A DNA stretch of 64,000 nucleotides from Myxococcales bacterium (lineage in GTDB: Bacteria; Myxococcota_A; Bradymonadia; UBA7976; UBA1532). The notes below the pieces were generated by a model. It did no database searches, was not told the origin of the DNA, and saw only the letters and a program-made list of their open reading frames with translations. Positions 55,615 to 63,885 of the stretch are shown piece after piece. Both the position numbers and the translations under genes were made by a program. Location: positions 202,962-266,961 of the forward strand of contig PCCS01000001.1 of assembly GCA_002731825.1 (NCBI GenBank), read 5' to 3'. Position 1 is the stretch's first letter; the number at the start of each line of letters is the position of its first letter.

Positions 55615-56517
55615 ATGAATCGCTCAATTGGTGTACGCAGTCTCATTTCGGCGGGTATTAACAAGTTAAAGGCACCGACAGATGAGATCCCGATTACAGG
55701 AAGCCGGCGTGCTTTGGTCATGGCCATCGCAGCGCAGAAGGGCGGAGTGGGTAAAACAACCACCACAGTCAACCTGGCATGCGCATGGGCAAAGCAGTCT
55801 AAGTATCGCATTCTCGTCATCGACATTGACCCTCAAGGGCACGTGTCGTCCTCGCTCCGGGAAAACATCAAGCCAGCCTCGTCGACGTTGACGGATATTC
55901 TCTTGGCCGAGAGACCACGGGATATTTTGGACGCTGTCTTTCAAACCAATTTACCCAATTTGAGTTTAACAGCCGCTGATAAGGGGCTCGCCGAAACTGA
56001 TGCCCAGATGGCGAGCCGAGTTGGTCGTGAATACATTCTTAAGAGTGCCATCGCCAACGCAAGGAGCCATTTCGATATTATTCTCATCGATTGTCCACCC
56101 AATTTGGGCAACCTGACACTCAATGCGCTCGTGGCAGCTGATCATGTCCTGGTGCCCTGTGATATGAGCATTCTCGCCTTCGAAGGTGTTGCGGACCTAC
56201 TGGGCACTGTTCGAACTGTCAATTTGCGGCTCGGCCAGAATCTCGACGTTGCGGGCATTATTCGAACCCGCGTCGATGGGCGGACCCGGCAAATTAATGA
56301 TGCCATTGGTGGGGCACTTCGAGATAATTACGGCGACCTTCTTTTGGACACCATTATCCCGATTAATTCGGCCCTAGCAAAAGCCCAGGCGGCGGGTCTG
56401 AGCATATTTGAATTTCAGGCTCGTTCCAGGGGGGCAGAAGCCTATCTTGATCTGTCTAATGAGCTTGAGGGCCGTTTGTCACTCGGTGCAGGTCAGGACC
56501 GTGTTTCGACCTATTGA
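55615..56517 (+). CDS. ParA/MinD-family ATPase (orphan, no ParB nearby)
   Basis: Deviant Walker A AAQKGGVGKTTTTVNLA, ILVIDIDPQG, IILIDCPPNLG. GGAGG RBS. Confidence 0.85.
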   Translation: MNRSIGVRSLISAGINKLKAPTDEIPITGSRRALVMAIAAQKGGVGKTTTTVNLACAWAKQSKYRILVIDIDPQGHVSSSLRENIKPASSTLTDILLAERPRDILDAVFQTNLPNLSLTAADKGLAETDAQMASRVGREYILKSAIANARSHFDIILIDCPPNLGNLTLNALVAADHVLVPCDMSILAFEGVADLLGTVRTVNLRLGQNLDVAGIIRTRVDGRTRQINDAIGGALRDNYGDLLLDTIIPINSALAKAQAAGLSIFEFQARSRGAEAYLDLSNELEGRLSLGAGQDRVSTY

Positions 56518-56641
56518 TTCACCTGATGATCCATATTCAATAAAGGAAACTCAGTCCCTTCATCCGCGGATTATAACGGTCCGGCGCAGTGATCGTGTAT
56601 ACTGAAGTCTATCTTGTATTTGTCGTAGGTCTTGAGCGAAA

Positions 56642-58654
56642 TTGAACCTCCGTTCATCATCATCAAAGAGCATCAAACGAGTCCCGAAAGCAGCGCCTAA
56701 GTCAGGACGCAAGCGCAGACAGCGCCAGCCGGTACCCGTAACCGCGGACTTATTACGGTCGACGCCGTTCTTTGCCAACTTGCCGAAAGACTATCTCGAT
56801 GCATTGGTTCCGCGGGCGGAGCATGTTGAGTTGGCCCGTGGCGACGACGCATTTAATGCCCGTCCAGTCGGTGGTCAAGATATGGCATTGTTCCTGGTCT
56901 TGTTCGGAGACCTAAGCGTTCACAGAACCCAAAATAAGGGCCCAGAGGAGACAGTAAATTACCTCACCGTCGGTGATTTCTTCGTCGAAAGACTTATCGT
57001 CGATGACGATACAAAATCTATACGGTTAACCGCCATGTGTCCGGTGCGGCTTTTGAAGGTCAGTTACGCTGACTTCAATGTTTTGCTGCGGGCTCACGAT
57101 GACCTTCGCGGCGCTTTTTCCGACCGCATCCGAGATGTGGTCGATCGCCAAAAATCCAGATTTGATGATGCTTTCCAAAAAGAGATCGCTCGTTTCTTAG
57201 TCCAAGAACGACTCACTTTTGCCGGGCGAGTGAAACTCAAGCGCATGGACTTGTGCATCGAATGTGATGGCTGCTATTCGGCATGCAAAGATCGTCATGG
57301 GACTGATCGTCTGGGTCCAAGTGAGGTGAAATATGGACTCACTGAGGTTCCCCAGAACTGCCACAACTGTGTGGTTCCTGAATGTATGGACAAATGTAAG
57401 TTTGGACACATCGGGCGACATGCTGTCACCGGTGAAATTGTCATAGACGATAATTGCATTGGCTGCACAATGTGCAGCAAGGGATGTAGCTTTGGGTCCA
57501 TTCGGATGCACCCGATCGCTGAGCTGGATATGGAAAAGTATTTTCCAAATCGGTCGCCCGATGCCAAAGGTAAAGCCATTGCTCAGAAATGTGATAACTG
57601 CACTGGCTACGAAGACAAGGCATGCATTTCGGCGTGTCCTACAGGGGCTCTATTTCAGCTGGATGGCGCTGAGTTATTTGATAATTGGCGACAATTTTCC
57701 CCGCAATCCGTGCCCGATGGTGACGCCATCGAGAGTCCCAATGAGTTTCCTCATGGCTGGCGACAATTCTGGGTGGCGCTGACGGTTTTCGTCACTGTTT
57801 TTCTGTCTTGGGAATGCTTCGGCCGTTTGTACTGGCCCAAAGTTACTTTCGCAGAACTCTTTTTCCAGCTCGGCTGGTCTGAATCTGGGGTTGACCCAGT
57901 TGTGCCCTTTCGTGCGGGTGACTTTTTCAGTCATGCCCTTGGTTACATTGGCGGCGGTCTGATGATCGGGACACAAGTGTATCGATTGAGGGGTCGATTC
58001 AGTACAACACCTGTCTTGATGGAGGCTCATATCTGGATGGGTGTGATCGGGTTTATCATGGCGTTTTTTCACACCGCTTTCGTCTTCAGTGATCCCATTG
58101 CCGTGGCCACGTTTTTGACCATGTTTTTGGCCGTACTCACGGGGACCATCGGACGCTATGTTGTCTATATCGTGCCTCGGAACAAACATGGTCATGAACT
58201 TCTCCTAGACGAAGTCAATGACCGTATTGGTGATGTGACTAGGCAAATCGAGGGCGTTTTTTCCGACCCAAGTGTCGGTCATACGGCCATCGTCAGATTG
58301 AAAGATATCATGGGTCAGGAGAAAAGCGAGAGAGCGCTGGTGTCCACAGAGTCTCGTGGGTGGCGGCCGTTCATTGCGCTTTTAGTCGATTTAATTCGGC
58401 GTGATGCACTCACCAAAAAACGCGTCTCAGACCTTGCGAGCGAACTGAGTCATGGCCTTGAAGACGATAATCAGAGCGCCCAGGTCGAGACTCTGATGAC
58501 CGAGAAAAGCCGCTTGGAACGGGCCATTATGCAGCATGCATTTTTGTCCAAGGTCTTAAAAAGATATCGAATTGTCCATGTCACGAGCAGTAACATCATG
58601 TTTGGAGCGCTTGTTTTACATATTGTTTTCGCGTTGATGTATCAGGTGAATTGA
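56642..58654 (+). CDS. fusion: cNMP-binding-like domain + four-cluster (16-Cys) ferredoxin + 5-TM domain with two His-x13-His helices (di-haem b type)
   Basis: TTG is the only possible start (in-frame TGA at 56633). There is no signal peptide. cNMP text is LLRSTPFFANLPKDYLDAL...GDFFVE...IRLTAM. Cys groups are C205/208/211/215, C240/243/248/252, C272/275/278/282 and C317/320/328/332. TM helices carry H463/H477 and H646/H660. Confidence 0.7.
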   Translation: MNLRSSSSKSIKRVPKAAPKSGRKRRQRQPVPVTADLLRSTPFFANLPKDYLDALVPRAEHVELARGDDAFNARPVGGQDMALFLVLFGDLSVHRTQNKGPEETVNYLTVGDFFVERLIVDDDTKSIRLTAMCPVRLLKVSYADFNVLLRAHDDLRGAFSDRIRDVVDRQKSRFDDAFQKEIARFLVQERLTFAGRVKLKRMDLCIECDGCYSACKDRHGTDRLGPSEVKYGLTEVPQNCHNCVVPECMDKCKFGHIGRHAVTGEIVIDDNCIGCTMCSKGCSFGSIRMHPIAELDMEKYFPNRSPDAKGKAIAQKCDNCTGYEDKACISACPTGALFQLDGAELFDNWRQFSPQSVPDGDAIESPNEFPHGWRQFWVALTVFVTVFLSWECFGRLYWPKVTFAELFFQLGWSESGVDPVVPFRAGDFFSHALGYIGGGLMIGTQVYRLRGRFSTTPVLMEAHIWMGVIGFIMAFFHTAFVFSDPIAVATFLTMFLAVLTGTIGRYVVYIVPRNKHGHELLLDEVNDRIGDVTRQIEGVFSDPSVGHTAIVRLKDIMGQEKSERALVSTESRGWRPFIALLVDLIRRDALTKKRVSDLASELSHGLEDDNQSAQVETLMTEKSRLERAIMQHAFLSKVLKRYRIVHVTSSNIMFGALVLHIVFALMYQVN

Positions 58655-58804
58655 GGCTAAACTGACGCTGGGACGGATGTTTTTCGGCTCTGTCAAATCA
58701 GAGTCAAACGGGGACTGTTTGAGTCAATTAGCGTCCGATAATGACCCTAATTGAAAAAGTAGCTACGATGTCCGGTAAAGTTATCACAGGATACGCACGA
58801 TTAT

Positions 58805-61123
58805 ATGGGGCGCCCCTCGGCACAGACTAGGTCAGTCATTCGTCGGTTTATTCTGCCAACCATTACCGTTTGGGCACTCTTTACTCTGTTTTGCAATTCA
58901 CAGGTTTTTGCTGTCGGCCCCCTATCGACGCCTCATGCGCGGTACGACAATAACAACGATTGCACGAAGTGCCATGACATCTTTGGTGGTATGCCCAATC
59001 GAAACTGCCTCAATTGCCATAAGAGAATTGGCCAAAGGATCAGTGCTCGAAAAGGCTATCATGGGCGTAACGCAGCCGGTGCCAAATGTCATGACTGCCA
59101 TCGCGAACATCGTGGGCGTGGCTACGGGATTACCCAACTCAACCGGCGAACGTTTGATCATAAAACCACGGGTTGGTCGCTGACGGGTGGCCATACCCGT
59201 GTTCCATGCCGGGAATGCCACAGTGCAAAGAGGCCTGGAACGAATCGAGACAGTTACCTAGGTGCGCCGACCAGCTGTAATGGCTGCCACGGTAGCTATC
59301 ATGGACAGGGCCAAAAAGCTGAGTTGAATCGGTGCCAGGATTGTCACAACACCCAAAATTGGGCCTCTCTTAACGAAAAGTTAAAGTTTAACCACAACAC
59401 CCAAACCAATTTTCCACTGACAGGTCTTCATCGAGACGCGTCATGTGATAAGTGTCATCTCGGCAAGCGTAATTTCGGACCAATTGAGGTCTCCGGCTGT
59501 GTATCCTGCCATAAAAATCCCCATCCGATCGGCGTATTTGGATCACCCCGCAAGTGCGAGGAATGTCATATGACCAGCGGATTTAAGAAAACAAATGTCT
59601 TTGACCATTCAACGGCGGGCTGGCCCCTCCGTGGTAAGCACGCGGTCAATGCATGTACGGACTGTCATTCCTGGGAGAAATGGCGGCCGCCAACCAACGA
59701 TTGTCGAGGGTGTCATGTCGATGTCCATAAGGGGCAATTTGGGCGACAGCGATGCGATAGTTGTCACAAACAGACAGGCTTCACGGGACGGCACTTGAAG
59801 TTTAATCACAATACGATGAGCCGCTTTCCTCTGAAGGGCCGTCATACGCGTGTCGATTGTGCGAGCTGCCACCCTGGTGGTCATTACAAACCCTTGCCCA
59901 TGGAATGCGCCGATTGCCACCAAGATGACAATCCACACGGGGATAAGTTTGGTGATACGCCATGCAGCAATTGTCACTCACCGGTCGATTGGATGAAGAC
60001 GCGCTTTGACCACAGTGTCACCGGATTTGCTCTCGAAGAACGTCATGCCGAACAGCCATGTTATCGTTGCCATCCCAATGGGACAGAGACCGAAGACGAC
60101 ACGGAAAGGCGCTGTTCATTTTGTCATACAGACGTTCATCAAGGCCAATTCGAAGCCCCGCTGGACCAGCTCAATCGGGCCCTTGAACCGAAACAAGCAT
60201 CGGACGGCTGTGACAAATGTCATGCGGGTTTCCGGTCCTGGAAGATCCCGTTTTTCGATCACACCATAAGCCAGTTTTCACTGACCGGTCAGCACCAGAC
60301 GGTCCCCTGTACAGGCTGTCATACTCAGGGTCATTTCAAACCCATTGATGCGGCGTGTGCCAATTGTCATTACAACTTTCATGAGGGTCAGTTTAGTCAG
60401 CCATGTGACCAGTGTCATACCACCAAGGCCTGGTCGCCATTGGAGGAATTTGACCACAATACGAGGACTGAATATCGACTGGATGGCCGTCATGAAGAGG
60501 TTGATTGCGGCAAGTGTCATACGAACAATATTTATACAGACACGCCGAAAGAGTGCGCGGAGTGTCACGTCGATGTCCACAAGGGCAAGTTGGGCCCGGG
60601 CTGTGATCGCTGTCATGGCGTCGAAGACTGGTCAATCAACACCATGCAAGACCATGATTTTGGTGCTTTTCGGTTGGGAGGAGTCCATGACCTATTGGCC
60701 TGTGAGGAGTGTCATGGTCCAGACCGCAAGGAGACGCAAGCCGGGCGAGGTCCAGAATGTGTAAATTGCCATCGCGATCCCCATTTTGGGAGTTTTGGCC
60801 CTCAATGTTTCGAATGCCATAATCAGCAAGCATTCTTGCCCAGTACCTTTCTACATGCGGAAACGGGCTTTAGACTCTCCGGGGCGCACCGCTTTGTTGA
60901 ATGTCGTGATTGCCATCCAGGCCGTGTGTTCGGCGGACTCCCCAATGATTGCTTCTTTTGCCATACACAAGATTTCAATGCCACGGCCGGCAGCAAGCTC
61001 TGCGACCATACGGCCTGTATTCCGGGTGGGCTGGATTCCTGTCACAACTGTCATCGATCGACCAGTTTTGTCCCAGCGAGACCCGGTTCAGGGTGTGGGG
61101 TCTGTGAGGTCAATGGCCGATGA
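58805..61123 (+). CDS. periplasmic multihaem cytochrome c, 30 CXXCH motifs (c7/c3-type tri-haem units)
   Basis: Signal peptide (ITVWALFTLFCNSQVFA|VGP). I counted 30 CXXCH motifs in 772 aa, arranged 3 per unit. Confidence 0.9.
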   Translation: MGRPSAQTRSVIRRFILPTITVWALFTLFCNSQVFAVGPLSTPHARYDNNNDCTKCHDIFGGMPNRNCLNCHKRIGQRISARKGYHGRNAAGAKCHDCHREHRGRGYGITQLNRRTFDHKTTGWSLTGGHTRVPCRECHSAKRPGTNRDSYLGAPTSCNGCHGSYHGQGQKAELNRCQDCHNTQNWASLNEKLKFNHNTQTNFPLTGLHRDASCDKCHLGKRNFGPIEVSGCVSCHKNPHPIGVFGSPRKCEECHMTSGFKKTNVFDHSTAGWPLRGKHAVNACTDCHSWEKWRPPTNDCRGCHVDVHKGQFGRQRCDSCHKQTGFTGRHLKFNHNTMSRFPLKGRHTRVDCASCHPGGHYKPLPMECADCHQDDNPHGDKFGDTPCSNCHSPVDWMKTRFDHSVTGFALEERHAEQPCYRCHPNGTETEDDTERRCSFCHTDVHQGQFEAPLDQLNRALEPKQASDGCDKCHAGFRSWKIPFFDHTISQFSLTGQHQTVPCTGCHTQGHFKPIDAACANCHYNFHEGQFSQPCDQCHTTKAWSPLEEFDHNTRTEYRLDGRHEEVDCGKCHTNNIYTDTPKECAECHVDVHKGKLGPGCDRCHGVEDWSINTMQDHDFGAFRLGGVHDLLACEECHGPDRKETQAGRGPECVNCHRDPHFGSFGPQCFECHNQQAFLPSTFLHAETGFRLSGAHRFVECRDCHPGRVFGGLPNDCFFCHTQDFNATAGSKLCDHTACIPGGLDSCHNCHRSTSFVPARPGSGCGVCEVNGR
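59153..61054 (+). repeat. intragenic tandem array of nine diverged tri-haem modules (65-83 aa each)
   Basis: Most modules open with F-[DN]-H (module 8 has QDH, module 9 FLH), followed by [FW]-x-L-x-G-x-H-x4-C-x2-C-H (residues 117, 195, 266, 333, 401, 484, 549, 615, 682), and each contains exactly three CXXCH. Confidence 0.8.
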
Positions 61124-62442
61124 AATCGATGCAGCAGTGGATTCTCGTGTTCTCATTATTCCTGCTTTCTATCCCCTCCGCTGGGGGCGAAGAGTTGAAA
61201 ATCGATGGCCGCGTTGCGTCACGTAGTCTCTACTCAACAGCTGACGGACCCGTCTCCAAAGATGTGCTATTCCAGTTTGTAGATTTGGATTTAGATGTTG
61301 AGAATATGGGCCCCTTTGACACGGCTCTCACACTAGATGCCACGCTTCTTTGGGATATCAGCGAAGTCAAAGAACGACGATTTGGCGAGACTCAGTCATT
61401 TCAGCAGCTCAGACAACTCTATCTTCAACAGGCTTTCACTCAAAAGTGGACCGTGTCGGCCGGTCGGCGCATTATTTTTCAGGCTGGAAATGCTTGGGTT
61501 GACGGCCTTGATGTTCAGCTCAAATTGAATTCGACGATGATGGTTGGTGCCTACGGTGGGCTGAGGCCCGACCCGAACAGCTATCAGCCAACAACGACGT
61601 ACCAGACGGTGGGCAGTTACTCGAGTTACAAACGAGACGGACTGAACGTCGAACTGGGCTACAACCTGATTTTGAGGGACGGATTGGATCGTCAGTTTCT
61701 GTATGGGCGAACCCATTATCGATTGGCCCCAGGCCTTTACGTAAACGTCTATTCGGTCGTCGATACACTCGATGAAATTGAGCCTGTAACACTATTGTCG
61801 ACCCTTGATTATACCCCCACAAAGGCGGTTAATCTGTCCATTAACTATACGCGCTACAGTATTGAAGCGTACCGCAATCAGGCCATCTATCGAAATGTCG
61901 TTCGCCTCAACCAAGCGCTACTGCTCGGTGATGAAATCATCGACCTTGTCTACAATCGTGTCCGTCTGTCTGGTTCCTATCGATTTTGGCGGCGCTATTA
62001 TCACTATCAGACCATCGAGTACAAGAGGCGGAGCCAAGACCGGAGGCAATCTTGGGCCTACACCATAGGACTTCGTAATAGCGACCTATTCTCGACGGGG
62101 ACACGGTTCGACCTGCGGACAACCATTCGAAATAATTTTCAGAGTGATTCCTGGTTGATCGCCGGTGATTTGGAGAAAGACATCTTTTTGGAACTGACCC
62201 TGAATGGCCATGTCACGGTTTTCGATGGGCGTACTATTGACCGGTTTACGGAGCGGGGGCGCACATTCGATGAAGCGCAACGTATTTATCTGATGGGCGG
62301 CTCTTTATTCTGGCGGCCCTCCCGGGCACATCATCTGAGTTTGACCTACGACGGTGTCTACGAAACCGACCTGATCGACCAGCGGAACGACGCAGCCTTG
62401 TTTATTCACACAGGATTATTTCGTTACGCCTATCATTTCTGA
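61120..62442 (+). CDS. outer-membrane beta-barrel protein translationally coupled to the cytochrome
   Basis: ATGA overlap with the cytochrome stop. Signal peptide (ILVFSLFLLSIPSAGG|EE), alternating strand pattern rich in Y/R/D/G/N, and a C-terminal OMP-type ending FRYAYHF. Confidence 0.75.
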   Translation: MKSMQQWILVFSLFLLSIPSAGGEELKIDGRVASRSLYSTADGPVSKDVLFQFVDLDLDVENMGPFDTALTLDATLLWDISEVKERRFGETQSFQQLRQLYLQQAFTQKWTVSAGRRIIFQAGNAWVDGLDVQLKLNSTMMVGAYGGLRPDPNSYQPTTTYQTVGSYSSYKRDGLNVELGYNLILRDGLDRQFLYGRTHYRLAPGLYVNVYSVVDTLDEIEPVTLLSTLDYTPTKAVNLSINYTRYSIEAYRNQAIYRNVVRLNQALLLGDEIIDLVYNRVRLSGSYRFWRRYYHYQTIEYKRRSQDRRQSWAYTIGLRNSDLFSTGTRFDLRTTIRNNFQSDSWLIAGDLEKDIFLELTLNGHVTVFDGRTIDRFTERGRTFDEAQRIYLMGGSLFWRPSRAHHLSLTYDGVYETDLIDQRNDAALFIHTGLFRYAYHF

Positions 62443-62477
62443 CGGTCTCTCGAACGGGTGGGTTAGGACCAGCGGCG

Positions 62478-63035
62478 TCACACTTCCATAAGTTCGTCTT
62501 CTTTGCGTCCAACAATGCCATCGATGGTCTCTGTTGCGCCATCCGTCAAGCCCTGAACCTTGTCCAAGGATTTCTTAAGCTCATCTTCTGTTAAGTCGCC
62601 ATCTTTCTGGAGGGCTTTGAGCATTGCGTTGGCATCTCGTCGGCTATTACGTGCCGACACCTTAGCCGTTTCACCTAATTTCTGAACTGTCTTGACCAGT
62701 TCTTTCCGTCTTTCTTCCGTCAATGGAGGAATCGACAGACGAATCACTGTGCCGTCATTGGATGGATTAAGCCCCAGATTCGACTGCTGAATCGCGCGCT
62801 CAACATCTCCCAGAAGGTCTTTCTCCCAGGGCTTTATAGAAATTGTTCTCGGCTCTGGAATCTGCAGCGATGCGACTTGATTGAGCGGTGTCGGTTGTCC
62901 GTAGTAGGATACCCTAATGTTGTCGAGTAAATTGACGTTCGCGCGACCCGAACGCACTCTGGCGAGATCCCGGCGCAGGGCGCTATAGGTCTTCTCAAAA
63001 GTCGCTTTTAAGTCTTCGTAGATTTCGTCTTCCAT
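62478..63035 (-). CDS. frr: ribosome recycling factor
   Basis: 185 aa with RSGRANVNLLDNIRVSYYGQPTPLNQVA and PPLTEERRKELVK. Confidence 0.95.
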   Translation of the reverse strand: MEDEIYEDLKATFEKTYSALRRDLARVRSGRANVNLLDNIRVSYYGQPTPLNQVASLQIPEPRTISIKPWEKDLLGDVERAIQQSNLGLNPSNDGTVIRLSIPPLTEERRKELVKTVQKLGETAKVSARNSRRDANAMLKALQKDGDLTEDELKKSLDKVQGLTDGATETIDGIVGRKEDELMEV

Positions 63036-63153
63036 AACGCATTCACTCCTATTGGATTGGTCGAACGTAACGACGATAGCATACGAAATACGACCTTGGG
63101 AGTCATTTGCGGGATTCTATATTTGAGAGGAGAGCGTGGGGCGAACGGGCACC

Positions 63154-63876
63154 CTAAACTGTGATCGTTGTGCCTACGCTCTGCCGCTTAGCGACACGAA
63201 CAATGTTGCCAGGTGTACCCAACTCGAAGACGACGATTGGCATCTTGTTTTCGCGGCATAGGCTAATGGCCGTTGCATCCATGACCCGAAGGTCCTCGGC
63301 CAAGCATTCACTGTACGTGACGTGGTCATACTTAATGGCGTCTGAATGGATCATCGGGTCTTTGTCGTAGATGCCGTCTACTTTGGTTGCCTTGAGAACG
63401 GCATCTGCTCCAATTTCTACGGCCCGAAGGGCGGCGGCTGTATCGGTGGTGAAGTAGGGATTGCCGGTTCCTGCGGCGAAGACCACCACCCGCCCTTTCT
63501 CAAGGTGTCTCATGGCGCGGCGTCGAATAAACGGCTCAGCCACGCGCGGCATTTCGATGCCGCTCATGACGCGCGTTTTCAGACCGACTTTCTCAAAACC
63601 TTCTTGGATCGCGATGGCATTGATCGCTGTGGCCAGCATACCCATATAATCGGCACTGGTTCGATCCATGCCTTGGGCAGCACCGGCAACACCTCGAAAG
63701 ATGTTGCCACCACCGATAACCACAGCTAATTCGATACCGAGAGCACGGACTTGGCTGACTTCAGATGCAATCTGAGAAATGACGTTAGGCGATATTCCGT
63801 ATGTCCCCTCGCCGATCAAGGCTTCGCCTGAAAGTTTCAAAAGGAGACGCGTATAGGGTGGTTTATCGCCCGTCAT
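63154..63876 (-). CDS. pyrH: UMP kinase
   Basis: [39 protein letters not shown]. Confidence 0.95.
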   Translation of the reverse strand: MTGDKPPYTRLLLKLSGEALIGEGTYGISPNVISQIASEVSQVRALGIELAVVIGGGNIFRGVAGAAQGMDRTSADYMGMLATAINAIAIQEGFEKVGLKTRVMSGIEMPRVAEPFIRRRAMRHLEKGRVVVFAAGTGNPYFTTDTAAALRAVEIGADAVLKATKVDGIYDKDPMIHSDAIKYDHVTYSECLAEDLRVMDATAISLCRENKMPIVVFELGTPGNIVRVAKRQSVGTTITV

Positions 63877-63885
63877 AGTCAGTCC

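Noticed and set aside
56642-58654. Calling the 670-aa protein a Crp/Fnr-type transcription factor because of its cNMP-binding-like domain and Cys clusters.
   Set aside because: There is no C-terminal HTH. Instead the protein has 16 Cys in the four-cluster ferredoxin pattern and five TM helices, so a membrane redox role fits better.
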